A stretch of DNA of 64,000 nucleotides from Chthoniobacter flavus (GCA_945878135.1 CAMDUL010000002.1:79349-143348); one strand, 5' to 3'. Numbered from the stretch's first letter, positions 22,104 to 31,873 are shown. The notes: generated by a model from the sequence alone, not told the origin. Translations and numbers: made by a program.

Positions 22104-23278
22104 CCGCGGGCACTCTCGGCGCTCCTCCCTCCATCCTCAATTCCATAAAGCGCCCGCACCAGCCGCGCGGGACGCGTCTCGCGCAGAACGCCGCTTTCCA
22201 TGCGGTTCATCACGTAGGCGAAACCGATGCGGTTTTCCGGGTCGGCGAAGGCGAGACTGCCGCCGGCGCCGGGATGACCGAAGGCCGCGGACGACGGACC
22301 GAAGGTCGGACGCACTTTGACGCCCGAGGGATCAAGGGGGTCCATCATGAAGCCGGCGGAAAAAGCGGTCGGCTGTTGCAGCACGAGATCCGGCCCGTTG
22401 CTCTTGCGGCGGGTCAAGGCCTCGCGCCACGGACCGCGGAAAAATTCCCCGGCGGCAAGACGTTCATAAAACCGCGCGAGCGATCGGGCGTTGCCGATGC
22501 CGCCGAAGGACGGGATGGACGCGCGCCAGACTTCCGGCCGGTTGATCGCCGCCGCGCCGGACAGGCCCTCGGGCCGGGCAAATGATCGGGCCGTCAAGGT
22601 GGCCCGGTCGGCCAGCGCCCGCTCGAAGGGGCCCGGTTCGACAAGATCTTCCGTGCGCGCCGCGTGCATACGGGCCATGCGGCTGTCCAATTCGGGAGGC
22701 AGCCCGATCCAAAAGGCCAGGCCCAGCGCCGCGCCGAAAACTTCGCGCCAGTATTCGCCGAGAGGCTTCCCGGTGGTGCGACGCACGAGGGCGTCGAGCA
22801 GATAACCGAAGGTCCGCGGTGCGTAGCCGTGCACCGTGCCCGGTTCCCAATCCGGAGCCTGCGCGGCCAGTGCGGAGGCCACGCCCTGGAGGTCGAAAAC
22901 ATCGAGCCCGGACCGCCCGAGGGCGGAAAGACCGGAGCGGTGGGCGAGCAGTTCGGCCAGAGTGATCCGGTCTTTGCCCGCCGCCCCGAATTCCGGCCAC
23001 ACCGAGGCGACCGGCGCCTCGAGCGGAACGCCCGCCTCCTGCAGCGCATGCAGCGCGCACGCCGCCCCCGGGCCCTTGGTCGCCGACCAGCAGAAAACGA
23101 GCGTGTCTTCGGTCCAAGGTTGCGTCGCCGCCGCATCGCGCCAACCGCCGCCGAAACGCAACACCTCGCGGCCGTCCTGCCAGACACAAACCTCGGCGCC
23201 GATTTCCCCGCCGCGGGCAAAGTTGTCCTCGAACGCCGTGCGCACGCGCGCCACGGCGGCTTCGTCGACGCGGATCAT
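22100..23278 (-). CDS. serine hydrolase, beta-lactamase (class C/transpeptidase-like) family
   Basis: The SxxK motif 'CWSATKG' is present in a 392-aa protein of the beta-lactamase family type. Confidence 0.8.
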   Translation of the reverse strand: MIRVDEAAVARVRTAFEDNFARGGEIGAEVCVWQDGREVLRFGGGWRDAAATQPWTEDTLVFCWSATKGPGAACALHALQEAGVPLEAPVASVWPEFGAAGKDRITLAELLAHRSGLSALGRSGLDVFDLQGVASALAAQAPDWEPGTVHGYAPRTFGYLLDALVRRTTGKPLGEYWREVFGAALGLAFWIGLPPELDSRMARMHAARTEDLVEPGPFERALADRATLTARSFARPEGLSGAAAINRPEVWRASIPSFGGIGNARSLARFYERLAAGEFFRGPWREALTRRKSNGPDLVLQQPTAFSAGFMMDPLDPSGVKVRPTFGPSSAAFGHPGAGGSLAFADPENRIGFAYVMNRMESGVLRETRPARLVRALYGIEDGGRSAESARG

Positions 23279-23763
23279 GCCAGCTTGCCGATGACGTCTT
23301 CCAGATCGGGATCGTAGCGGGCGATCTCGCGGAATTTCCCGTCCATGTTGAAACTCATCTGCAGGTAGCTCTGCGCCTCCTCCGGATTGCCGAGCACCGC
23401 GTGGTAGCAGCCGAGATTGTAAAAATAAATCGGCTCGCGCAGCAACGATGGCGGCCCCTGCTGCAGGAGTTCCATGGCCTCCGCGGTCCGGCCGAGTTCG
23501 TGCAAACAGAAGGCGCCGTGGATGTATCCGAGGCCGAGGTCCGGACGCTCGGCCCGGAGGACCCCGCAGGCCGCCAGGGCCTCCGGCCAGCGCCCCCCCC
23601 GCATCAGGATATAGACCCGCAACTGCGCCACATCTTCGTGGGCACGGTCCCCCGGCGGCACCCGCTCCAGTTCGGCGAGCGCCTCGTCGGTCATCCCAAG
23701 TTCGAGATAACCTTGGGCCGCGTTGATGTAGTGTTGCAGGGCGATGGCTTTAGCTAACGGCAA
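23275..23763 (-). CDS. TPR-repeat protein
   Basis: It carries repeated 34-residue A/L/G/Y patterns such as 'AFCLHELGRTAEAMELL' and 'YNLGCYHAVLGNPEEAQSYL'. Confidence 0.7.
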   Translation of the reverse strand: MPLAKAIALQHYINAAQGYLELGMTDEALAELERVPPGDRAHEDVAQLRVYILMRGGRWPEALAACGVLRAERPDLGLGYIHGAFCLHELGRTAEAMELLQQGPPSLLREPIYFYNLGCYHAVLGNPEEAQSYLQMSFNMDGKFREIARYDPDLEDVIGKLA

Positions 23764-23853
23764 AGGCCAAAGCCGCGCAACCCAAGTTGTCCGGCCCGGA
23801 TGTTTTCCCGGTGGACACCGGGGCGGCGGCGGTGCAATTTAACCGTTCCTGCT

Positions 23854-23935
23854 GCTCACGTGGCGGAACTGGCAGACGCGTGCGTCTCAGAAGCGCATGG
23901 GGTGACCCGTGGAGGTTCGAGTCCTCTCGTGAGCA
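23854..23935 (+). tRNA. tRNA-Leu (anticodon CAG), class II with long variable arm
   Basis: I folded the cloverleaf by hand. The acceptor stem is GCTCACG/CGTGAGC and the D-arm is GCG-GAACTGGCAGA-CGC. The anticodon stem is TGCGT/GCGCA with loop CT-CAG-AA. There is a 13-nt variable arm, a T-arm GGAGG-TTCGAGT-CCTCT and discriminator A. CCA is not encoded. Confidence 0.9.
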
Positions 23936-23943
23936 TTATCCCG

Positions 23944-24615
23944 ATGCAAAACCCCGCCAAGGTCCGCGGCATTTTCACCGCCATCGCCGCACGCTACGAC
24001 CTCGCCAACCACGTGTTGTCCGGCGGTCTCGATTTTCTCTGGCGCGCCCGCGCCGTGCGCATGGTCAAGGCATGGCGGCCGCGGACCATCCTCGACCTCG
24101 CCACCGGCAGCGGCGATCTCGCGCTGGCCCTGGGCAAAGCATTGCCGGAAGCACGTATCGTCGGCGCGGATTTCTGCCATCCCATGCTGCAAGTCGCGGC
24201 CGGGAAAGGTTTGCACCCGCTCGTGGTGGCCGACGGGACGCGGTTGCCGTTCGCCGACGCCTCGTTCGATGCGGTGACCGTCGCCTTCGGCCTGCGGAAC
24301 ATGGAATCCTGGCCCGGCGCGCTGCGCGAAATGTCGCGCGTTCTGCGTCCGGACGGACACTTGCTCGTCCTCGACTTTTCCCTGCCGCGTCCGCCCCTCG
24401 CGTTCGCTTACCGCTTCTATCTCCACCGCGTGCTGCCGCGCGTGGCCGGCATGATCACCGGCAACCGTGCAGGCTACGAATACCTCGGCGCCTCGATCGA
24501 AGCCTTCCCCTCGGGCCGCGCCATGTGCGAACTGATGCAACAAAATAATCTGCGCGACGCCCTCACCCGGCCGCTCGCCGCGGGCATCGTGTCGATTTAC
24601 ACTGCGCGGAAATGA
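23944..24615 (+). CDS. ubiE: demethylmenaquinone/ubiquinone C-methyltransferase
   Basis: The sequences 'VRGIFTAIAARYDLANHVLSGGLDFLWR', the SAM motif 'ILDLATGSGDLA' and 'YEYLGASIEAFP' are present. The track ORF's 5' extension covers the tRNA and is spurious. Confidence 0.9.
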   Translation: MQNPAKVRGIFTAIAARYDLANHVLSGGLDFLWRARAVRMVKAWRPRTILDLATGSGDLALALGKALPEARIVGADFCHPMLQVAAGKGLHPLVVADGTRLPFADASFDAVTVAFGLRNMESWPGALREMSRVLRPDGHLLVLDFSLPRPPLAFAYRFYLHRVLPRVAGMITGNRAGYEYLGASIEAFPSGRAMCELMQQNNLRDALTRPLAAGIVSIYTARK

Positions 24616-25544
24616 ACCCGATCACCTTCCGTCCGATCTACATGGAACGCGTCTGGGGCGGACGCGAATTTGCGACGCGACTCGGACGCGACTTGCCCGG
24701 CGCGCAGCCCATCGGCGAAGCGTGGGAAGTCGTCGACCGCGCCGAAGCCCAGAGCGTGGTGGCCGCCGGTCCGCTGGCCGGGAAGACGCTGCATGAATTG
24801 TGGACGGGTCACCGCGCGGAGATTTTCGGCGCGCGCCATGCCGACGCCGGCCCCCGCTTTCCCTTGCTCTGCAAGCTGCTTGACGCGCGAGACCGTCTGT
24901 CCGTGCAAGTCCATCCTCCCGCGGCAGTCGCCCCGCGACTCGGCGGGGAACCCAAGACGGAGGTCTGGTATTTCCTCGCCTGCGATCCGGAGAGCCGGAT
25001 TTACGCGGGGCTGAAAAACGGCGTCTCGCGGGCGGACTTCGCGGACAAGCTGGCCGCGGGCCAAGTCGAGGAGTGCCTGCACGTGCTGCCGACGCACGCG
25101 GGCGACAGCATTTTCATCCCGAGCGGACGCCTCCACGCCATCGGCGAAGGCAACCTGATCGTCGAGATCCAGCAGAACAGCGACACGACTTACCGCGTGT
25201 TCGACTGGAACCGCGCCGGCTTGGACGGCAAGCCGCGCGATCTGCACATCGAAGAGTCGATGCTTTCGACGGACTTTGACGACTTCGCCCCGCCCCTCGC
25301 GCACGTCGCATCCGGGATTGTCGCCGAGTGCGGGCATTTCCGCGTGGAGAGAAAAATCCTCGACGCCCCGGAAGTCCTCGGGGCGGCCGGCGACTTCGCC
25401 CTCGTCACCGTGGTGGACGGCGCCGCCTCCTGCGGAGGATCGCATTTCGCCACCGGCGACTTTTTGCTGCTCCCCGCATCGGGCGCACCCGCGGTCGCCC
25501 CCGCCGCCGACCGCTGCGCGGTTCTCGTCACGACGATTCCTTGA
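24612..25544 (+). CDS. manA: class I mannose-6-phosphate isomerase (cupin)
   Basis: The sequences 'PIYMERVWGG', 'IGEAWEV', 'LLCKLLDARDRLSVQVHP' and 'GRLHAIGEGNLIVEIQQNSDTTYRVFDW' are present. Confidence 0.85.
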   Translation: MNPITFRPIYMERVWGGREFATRLGRDLPGAQPIGEAWEVVDRAEAQSVVAAGPLAGKTLHELWTGHRAEIFGARHADAGPRFPLLCKLLDARDRLSVQVHPPAAVAPRLGGEPKTEVWYFLACDPESRIYAGLKNGVSRADFADKLAAGQVEECLHVLPTHAGDSIFIPSGRLHAIGEGNLIVEIQQNSDTTYRVFDWNRAGLDGKPRDLHIEESMLSTDFDDFAPPLAHVASGIVAECGHFRVERKILDAPEVLGAAGDFALVTVVDGAASCGGSHFATGDFLLLPASGAPAVAPAADRCAVLVTTIP

Positions 25545-25556
25545 GGCGCGCACCGC

Positions 25557-26027
25557 ATGGCTGAAATCGCTGTGACCGTGCTCGACGGCGCGGAACCGTT
25601 GGCCGGCGAGTTGGCCGACCGGCACGTTGCAGAGTGGGGACACCTTTACAGCAACTGGGACAGCACGGCGGCGCGGGCTGAGTTCGGTGCGCACAAAACC
25701 GACGGCTCGCTGCCCGCCACGCTTTTGCTGCGCGAGGGCGGACAACCGGCCGGTTCGGTCAGTTTGATCCAGGGTGATTGCCAGGCGCGCCGGGATCTCG
25801 ATCCGTGGCTGGCCAGCCTCTATGTCTTTCCGGAATTCCGCGGCCGGGGTCACGCGCACCGCTTGATCGAGGCAGCCGTCCGCCATGCGGCGGAGGCCGG
25901 GGAGAGACAACTTCACGTCTTCAGCGAGTCGGCCGGCGGACTTTTCCGGCGGCACGGCTTCACGCTGTTGGAGCGCACTTCCCTGCGGGGCGCGTCGATC
26001 GAGATTCTGCGTCGCGAACTGCCTTGA
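25557..26027 (+). CDS. GNAT-family N-acetyltransferase
   Basis: The acetyl-CoA binding motif 'LYVFPEFRGRGHAHRLIEAAVRHAAEAG' is present. Confidence 0.8.
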   Translation: MAEIAVTVLDGAEPLAGELADRHVAEWGHLYSNWDSTAARAEFGAHKTDGSLPATLLLREGGQPAGSVSLIQGDCQARRDLDPWLASLYVFPEFRGRGHAHRLIEAAVRHAAEAGERQLHVFSESAGGLFRRHGFTLLERTSLRGASIEILRRELP

Positions 26028-26034
26028 GGGCGGA

Positions 26035-27243
26035 TCAGCCGGCCTTGCCGGGCTCGATGCCGCGCAACTCCATGAGGCGGCGCAGCACGTCTTCGATCAG
26101 ATTGCTCGGACACGAAGCCCCGGCGGTGATGCCCACGGTCACGGGACCGGACGGCAGCCAATCGTGGTCCTCGGTCTCCGCCTGACGTTGCGTGTCGAAG
26201 TGCCGGATGCGCCCGGACGATTCCATGCACGCGGCATTGAGAATGAAATAAGTCGGGGCCCTTTCCTTGCCCATGTCGGCGAGGTGCGTGGTGTTCGAGC
26301 TGTTGTAGCCGCCGACAACCAGCATGAGGTCGGGCGGTTGGGCCAGCAGTTCCTTGAGCGCATCCTGGCGCTCCTGCGTCGCGCCGCAAATGGTGTCGAA
26401 GACACGGAAGTTCCCCTCGGACCCGTCGCGTGCCATGACGGCCTCGCGGATGCGGCGCTGCACCTCCTCGGTTTCCGAACGCAGCATCGTCGTCTGGTTG
26501 GCCACGCCGACCTTGCCGAGATGAAGATCGGGGTCGAAGCCCTCCGACACGGAGTGGCGGAACTTGTCGAGGAAGGCCGTGCGCTCGCCGCGGCCGCGGA
26601 TGTAGTCGCAAACCAGGTCCGCCTCGGCCAGATCGTAGACCACCACGAAATGCCCGCGCCCCCCGCCGGCCGCGCGCGCGCGGGAACTCGTGGCACGGGT
26701 TTCCTCGTGGCCGGCTTTGCCGTGGATGACGGAAGTCACGCCATCATCGGCGTATTGGCGGACGCGTTTCCACACACTCATCACGTCGCCGCAGGTCGTG
26801 TCGACAATCTGGCATCCGCGCGCCTTGATGCGCTCCAGCACGGCGACTTCCGCGCCGAAGGCCGGGATGATGACCACGTCTTCGGGGGAAAGCCGGTCGA
26901 TGTCGGTGAGCTTGCAGGGTCCGGTCAGCGTGCGGATCCCCATGGACGCGAGCTGCGCGTTGACGTCCGGATTGTGGATGATTTCGCCGACGAGGAAGAG
27001 GTTGCGGTCGGCAAAAACCTTGCGCGCCGCGTAGGCGAGGTCAATGGCGCGCTCGACGCCGTAGCAGAAGCCGAATTGCTTGGCCAGGCGCACGGTCACA
27101 TCGCCGAAGGTGGCCACGCCGCCCGAAGCCTTGAGCCGCTCGACCATCGGGCTGTGGTAGTGCGACTCGACGGCGGCCTGCACCTCTTCCATGACCTCCG
27201 GGGTGCGGAGGTTGACTCGCTTGGGTGCGGCGGCCGGGGGCAT
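26035..27243 (-). CDS. ispH: 4-hydroxy-3-methylbut-2-enyl diphosphate reductase (long form)
   Basis: The motifs 'FGFCYGVERAI', 'GEIIHNP', 'DTTCGDV' and 'SSNTTHL' are present. The start is at 'MPPAAAPKRV' (27243). The upstream 264 codons of track ORF 26035..28038 are spurious. Confidence 0.9.
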   Translation of the reverse strand: MPPAAAPKRVNLRTPEVMEEVQAAVESHYHSPMVERLKASGGVATFGDVTVRLAKQFGFCYGVERAIDLAYAARKVFADRNLFLVGEIIHNPDVNAQLASMGIRTLTGPCKLTDIDRLSPEDVVIIPAFGAEVAVLERIKARGCQIVDTTCGDVMSVWKRVRQYADDGVTSVIHGKAGHEETRATSSRARAAGGGRGHFVVVYDLAEADLVCDYIRGRGERTAFLDKFRHSVSEGFDPDLHLGKVGVANQTTMLRSETEEVQRRIREAVMARDGSEGNFRVFDTICGATQERQDALKELLAQPPDLMLVVGGYNSSNTTHLADMGKERAPTYFILNAACMESSGRIRHFDTQRQAETEDHDWLPSGPVTVGITAGASCPSNLIEDVLRRLMELRGIEPGKAG

Positions 27244-27339
27244 GGACCCGAATGTAGCGCGGGCGCCCCCGGCGTCCAATGTCAACCTGACCGGCCTCTT
27301 GCATCCGGCCGACGACCGCTTATCGTTTTCTTTTCCGCC

Positions 27340-27861
27340 ATGGACCGCGACAGCTTCCACTACGCGCTGGAAAACACGCGCACGCACCTCGAACCCTCGG
27401 GGCTGATCGAGACGTTCGGCTCGACGGTCTTCGATTTCACCCTGGTCAGCGAGCTGATGGACGAAGTCGACCGCGTGCGTTTGCGCCGCGGCACCATGCA
27501 GGCGGAACGCCCGCGCCTCGTCACCCCGGAGCATTACGCAAAGATCATGCTCGACGGCTTCGGGGAAAAAGCGCGCGAATTCGCCGACTGGCTCGAGCAG
27601 CACGGCGACGATCTCAAATTCCTCCGCTACGGGTTCCAGTTCACCAAGAGCAACCTGCGCGAAGATGTGGTCAGTGGCCGCCTCGACGGAATCATCGCCG
27701 ACGCCGTGCGCCAGGCCCGCGACACGGGCGACACGCGGCGGGCCGTCATCGAGAGCGTGGACGACGCCTGGGAAGTGTCCCTGCTCAAGCTGGCTTTCGA
27801 CACCGCCCGGCGCTCGGCCGGGGAAAATGTCGGGGAATGGAAAAAACGCGGGCTCCTTTGA
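27340..27861 (+). CDS. hypothetical protein (173 aa)
   Basis: This is the protein-like part of ORF 25885..27861, starting 'MDRDSFHYALENTRTHLEPSG...'. Its acidic/basic composition is balanced. It is divergent from ispH and lies upstream of accA. I recognised no family. Confidence 0.5.
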   Translation: MDRDSFHYALENTRTHLEPSGLIETFGSTVFDFTLVSELMDEVDRVRLRRGTMQAERPRLVTPEHYAKIMLDGFGEKAREFADWLEQHGDDLKFLRYGFQFTKSNLREDVVSGRLDGIIADAVRQARDTGDTRRAVIESVDDAWEVSLLKLAFDTARRSAGENVGEWKKRGLL

Positions 27862-27922
27862 GCCCCCGGGTCCCGTTTTTTGTGCTGCCCAGAAGGCCGC
27901 GGTCCGGCCAAAATACCCTTCC

Positions 27923-28882
27923 ATGAAAGTCCAACCGCTGGATTTCGAAAAACCCATCGCCGAACTGGAGGAGCAGCTCGCCCGGTTGCGCGACAAGGCA
28001 AACGGCACCCAGCTCGGCGTCGACTCCGAGGTCGGCAAGATCGAGAAAAAGATCGGCGCGCTGAAGAAGGAGATCTACGGGAACCTGACCGCCTGGCAGC
28101 GCGTGCAGATCGCGCGCCACACCGCCCGACCTTTCGCCCTCGATTACCTCGGCCTGTGCTTCGAGGACTTCACCGAGTTGCACGGGGACCGGCTTTTCGG
28201 CGACGACGCCTCCATGCCCTGCGGGCTGGCCAAGATCGACGGACGCCCGGTGGCGGTGGTGACGAACCAGAAGGGCCGGGATACCAAGGAGAACATCAAA
28301 CGCAACTTCGGCAGCGCCCACCCCGAAGGATACCGCAAGGCGCTGCGCGTCATGCGGCTGGCCGAAAAATTCGGGTTGCCCGTCGTCGCGCTTATCGACA
28401 CCCCCGGCGCCTTTCCCGGCATCGGCGCCGAGGAACGGCACATCGCGGAATCCATCGCGGTGAACCTGCGCGAAATGATGCTCCTCGAGACCCCCATTGT
28501 CGCCGTGGTCATCGGCGAGGGCGGATCCGGCGGCGCGCTCGGCATCGGCGTGGCCGACCGCGTGCTCATCATGGAAAACGCCTACTATTCGGTCATCAGC
28601 CCGGAAGGCTGCGCCGCGATCCTGTGGAAACACCGCAGCCACGCCCCCGAAGCGGCCGAGGCGCTCAAACTCACCGCGGGCAACCTCAAGGAACTCGGCC
28701 TGGTCGACGGTGTCGTGCCCGAGCCGCAGGGCGGCGCGCACCATGACATGGCGGCGGCGGCCGGACTGCTCAAGCAATCCCTCGTGCAGAACCTCGATGC
28801 GTTGGCCAAGGAACCGACCGCCAAATTGCTCTCCGCCCGCTACGAAAAATTCCGGCGCATGGGCGTCTTCGGCGGGGAGTAG
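27923..28882 (+). CDS. accA: acetyl-CoA carboxylase carboxyltransferase subunit alpha
   Basis: The sequences 'LDFEKPIAELE', 'RPFALDY', 'IDTPGAFPGIGAEERHIAESIA' and 'VVIGEGGSGGALGIG' are present. Confidence 0.95.
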   Translation: MKVQPLDFEKPIAELEEQLARLRDKANGTQLGVDSEVGKIEKKIGALKKEIYGNLTAWQRVQIARHTARPFALDYLGLCFEDFTELHGDRLFGDDASMPCGLAKIDGRPVAVVTNQKGRDTKENIKRNFGSAHPEGYRKALRVMRLAEKFGLPVVALIDTPGAFPGIGAEERHIAESIAVNLREMMLLETPIVAVVIGEGGSGGALGIGVADRVLIMENAYYSVISPEGCAAILWKHRSHAPEAAEALKLTAGNLKELGLVDGVVPEPQGGAHHDMAAAAGLLKQSLVQNLDALAKEPTAKLLSARYEKFRRMGVFGGE

Positions 28883-28933
28883 CGCGGACCGTCGGGTCTG
28901 CCGCAGCGTTCTCCTCTCCGGTTCCCCGTGCGC

Positions 28934-29977
28934 CTACGGCGCGAGACTGCCGGGTCCGAGAGCCTGGAAGTTCGGCTTGCGACCGGCGGGGTGTTCGCCC
29001 GCGACGAACGGCAGGGTGAGCACTTCGCCGCCGCGCGACACCTTCACATCGACCGCATCGCCCGCGGTGAGGAAAAAGGAGGCATCGAGGGCGTCCTCGG
29101 GTTCGCGCACGGCGATATCGCCGACCTGCAGTATGACATCCCCGGGACGGAACTGCGCGGCGGCCGGGCCCGAGGGGTCGACCATGTCGATGGCCATGCG
29201 CGAGCCCTGCACCGGTTCGGGAATTTCCTGCACCGTGACGCCGGCCCACCCGTGGCGCACCTCGCCGAAACGCGCGTGGTCGGCACGCACCTTCTCGGCG
29301 GCGCGGATGGGCAACACGTAGCAACCGGACCCCTCCTCGAAACCGCTGACCAGCACGCCGATCACTTCGCCGTCGAGATTGAGCGCAGGGCTGCCGGCCT
29401 GTCCGCGCTGCACGGGGATGTTCGCGCGGATGTGCGTGGTGGTGAAAAATCTTCCTTTCGACTGGCGGTCGAAACCGCCGACCACGCCGAAACTCGGCGT
29501 GACCTCGTGGTCGAAGGGGAACCCGACGATGACCAGCGGCGAGGCCGCATGGAGCGCCCGGCAATCGCCCGTGGCCAGGTAAGGTGTGGCGCCGCCGGCG
29601 TCATCGACCTTGAGCAGGGCGATGCCGCTGCGCGGATCTTTGGCCAGCAGGCGGGCGGACATCGACCGGCCACCGTGCGTGACGTTGATGCTCAATCCGT
29701 CCCCGACGACCGAAGAAAGCGTGTAGAGATGCCCGGTGGCGTCGATGAAAAATCCGGTGCCGGCCACTTTGCCCAACTCGTCGCCGGACTCGACCCGGAC
29801 CACGGCGTCCGTGCTGCCGCGGAACACTTGGCCCACCGTTGTCTCGATGGCATCCCCCATCGTGTCACCATCGAGAACGGGTGACTGCGGCGGTCCCGCC
29901 GGATTGGCTCCGGCGGGACTCACCTGCACCGCGCCAACCAGCGCGGCGCAAAGACTAAAAACTGTAAGGCGACTCAT
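28934..29977 (-). CDS. S1C (HtrA/DegP-like) serine protease with C-terminal PDZ domain
   Basis: It has a signal peptide, the trypsin-fold motif 'NIPVQRGQAGSPALNLDGEVIGV', and a PDZ-like 'GPAAAQFRPGDVILQVGDIAV'. Confidence 0.85.
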   Translation of the reverse strand: MSRLTVFSLCAALVGAVQVSPAGANPAGPPQSPVLDGDTMGDAIETTVGQVFRGSTDAVVRVESGDELGKVAGTGFFIDATGHLYTLSSVVGDGLSINVTHGGRSMSARLLAKDPRSGIALLKVDDAGGATPYLATGDCRALHAASPLVIVGFPFDHEVTPSFGVVGGFDRQSKGRFFTTTHIRANIPVQRGQAGSPALNLDGEVIGVLVSGFEEGSGCYVLPIRAAEKVRADHARFGEVRHGWAGVTVQEIPEPVQGSRMAIDMVDPSGPAAAQFRPGDVILQVGDIAVREPEDALDASFFLTAGDAVDVKVSRGGEVLTLPFVAGEHPAGRKPNFQALGPGSLAP

Positions 29978-30377
29978 AGCTCACCGGCCGGGCCTCGAGA
30001 ACGTAGTGCGGCGGGAAATCGGAACGCGAGGAGACAGGCAGGCGAACATCGCCGCGACCGGGCGGCAGGACATTGACCATCGGACGCGGGTCATTGAGCG
30101 CCAGCGCCGTGGCGGGCAGACCTTGGTCTTGTTGGCTGACGAGGATGACGGCGGAGACCGCGACGGCGGCCGCGCCGACCGCGGCGTAAGCCAGACGGGG
30201 GACCCGGAAGTCGGGCAGGGAATCAACGAGCCGTTCCCAAGCCAGCTTCCAGGCCGGTTGGCGCAGCAACTCGGACCGCTGGCGGTCGTGGAATTCGTCG
30301 ACGAAGCGCTCGAAATAATCGGGCGTGGGATGCTCGTAGCGCTTGAGGCGCAGCAATTTGTGGACGTCGCTATTCAT
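29955..30377 (-). CDS. putative membrane-anchored anti-sigma factor
   Basis: The 140-aa protein has one central TM segment ('LAYAAVGAAAVAVSAVILV'). It lies immediately downstream of the ECF sigma gene and overlaps the protease start. The role is inferred from position only. Confidence 0.45.
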   Translation of the reverse strand: MNSDVHKLLRLKRYEHPTPDYFERFVDEFHDRQRSELLRQPAWKLAWERLVDSLPDFRVPRLAYAAVGAAAVAVSAVILVSQQDQGLPATALALNDPRPMVNVLPPGRGDVRLPVSSRSDFPPHYVLEARPVSYESPYSF

Positions 30378-30380
30378 AGG

Positions 30381-30992
30381 CTAAGGAACCAAAAACTCCT
30401 GCAGGTGGTTTTGCAGCTGGCGGTGGGCGTAAAAGAGACGGGAACGCACCGTTCCCTCGGAAATCCCCAGGATTTTCCCGATTTCGGCATGCGGCATGCC
30501 TTGGATGTCGAACATAGTGACCACGGCTCTGTGTTCATTCGACAGCTTCATCATCGCCTCGTTCAATCTTGTCTGCAGTTCTTTGAGATTGACCTCTCGC
30601 CTTGCATCCGGCCCCGAGGTCATCTCGATGAAATCCGGGTCGTGATGGATCCCGTTGTCCACATCATCCAGACTCATGCCGCGGGTGCGGGACCGCTTTT
30701 TCAGGAAGTTGATCGTCATGTTCGTGGCGATGGTGTGCAGCCAGGTGTAGAAGCTCGACTTGCCCTTGAAGCCACGGATCGACCGGTAGGCCTTGGAGAA
30801 AATGTCCTGCAGCAGGTCGTTGGTATCCTCGTGGTTGGAGGTCATGTTGTAGACCAAACCGTAAAGGCGCGGGCTGTATTTGCGCACCAAGTCGTCAAAG
30901 GCCCGCGGGTCGCCGTCCTGGGTGCGGGCCACGAGATCGACATCATTGATCTCTTGTTCTTCGGCGACTTCAGCCATGAGGATCGACGACAC
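30381..30992 (-). CDS. ECF-subfamily RNA polymerase sigma-70 factor
   Basis: Region 2 reads 'AFDDLVRKYSPRLYGLVYNMT...DLLQDIFSKAYRSI...FYTWLHTIATN'. Region 4 reads 'AVVTMFDIQGMPHAEIGKILGISEGTVRSRLFYAHRQL'. Confidence 0.9.
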   Translation of the reverse strand: MSSILMAEVAEEQEINDVDLVARTQDGDPRAFDDLVRKYSPRLYGLVYNMTSNHEDTNDLLQDIFSKAYRSIRGFKGKSSFYTWLHTIATNMTINFLKKRSRTRGMSLDDVDNGIHHDPDFIEMTSGPDARREVNLKELQTRLNEAMMKLSNEHRAVVTMFDIQGMPHAEIGKILGISEGTVRSRLFYAHRQLQNHLQEFLVP

Positions 30993-31050
30993 TATCAGAC
31001 CCGCCGCCGCAGGGGGAAGCAGGGATGCTGCCGGGCCCGGGGAGTGCCTT

Positions 31051-31863
31051 TTAGCTCTCCCAACCGTGCCGCAAGGCCTTCTCCAGCAGAGGACTCAGCG
31101 CGGCAGCCGCCGTGCGGCCCGTTTCCATCACTTCGCCGTGGGAGAGCGGACGGTCGGTCACCCCCGCCGCCCAGTTGGTCAGGCAGGAAAAGGCCGCGAC
31201 CCGCAACCCGAGCGCGCGCGCCTGGATGGCCTCGAAGACGGTCGACATGCCCACCGCATCGGCCCCGAGCGTGCGCAACATCCGCACTTCGGCCGGCGTC
31301 TCGTATTGCGGCCCCGGCACCGAGGCATACACGCCCTCGTGGAGACGCATCCCGGACTCCGCGGCCAGTCCGCGGAAGAGTCCGCGCAGGCGGGCGTCGT
31401 AAACCTCGGACATGTCGTGGAAATTCGGACTGCCCTCCAGCGGCGACACCGCGGTGAGATTGAGGTGGTCACTCAACATCATCCATCCGCCCGGGGCGAA
31501 ATCGCGGTTCAAGGTCCCCGCCGCGTTGGTCAAAAACAGCACCTCCGGCCCCAGCGAAGCCATCAACCGCACATGGGCGGCCACCTGCCGCGCGCTGTGC
31601 CCCTCGTAATAATGCACCCGCCCCATGGCCAGGAGCAAAGGCACCCCGCCCAGTTCGGCGCCGACGAATTTGCCCGCGTGACCCGGGACTTTCGATTCCG
31701 GCAGTCCCGGGATCCCGGCGTAGGACACCTCGAAAAGTTGGCGGCAGGCATCGGCGAAACCACCGAGACCGGAGCCCAGGACCAGCGCCGCTTTCGGACG
31801 AAACGAAGACAGCACCTCGGGAACGCCGGCAAATTCGTCCGGACCGGGGCGCGCCGATGCCAT
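31051..31863 (-). CDS. purine-nucleoside phosphorylase (PNP/MTAP family 2)
   Basis: The sequences 'ALVLGSGLGGFAD', 'GHAGKFVGAELGGVPLLLAMGRVHYYEG', 'VGMSTVFEAI' and 'TNWAAG' are present. Confidence 0.85.
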   Translation of the reverse strand: MASARPGPDEFAGVPEVLSSFRPKAALVLGSGLGGFADACRQLFEVSYAGIPGLPESKVPGHAGKFVGAELGGVPLLLAMGRVHYYEGHSARQVAAHVRLMASLGPEVLFLTNAAGTLNRDFAPGGWMMLSDHLNLTAVSPLEGSPNFHDMSEVYDARLRGLFRGLAAESGMRLHEGVYASVPGPQYETPAEVRMLRTLGADAVGMSTVFEAIQARALGLRVAAFSCLTNWAAGVTDRPLSHGEVMETGRTAAAALSPLLEKALRHGWES

Positions 31864-31873
31864 GCGGAAAACC

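Noticed and set aside
23800-23943. This is the 5' extension of the ubiE ORF in the track (start 23800). I also considered an integration hotspot or integrase next to tRNA-Leu.
   Set aside because: The extension runs straight through the tRNA-Leu gene. The real start is at 23944. There is no integrase, att-like direct repeat of the tRNA 3' end, or compositional shift next to the tRNA.
25885-27339. This is the upstream two-thirds of the 658-aa plus-strand ORF 25885..27861, together with the 264-codon N-terminal extension of the ispH ORF (27244..28038).
   Set aside because: Both are read-through of non-coding or antisense sequence. Protein-like sequence begins only at 27340 on the plus strand and at 27243 on the minus strand.
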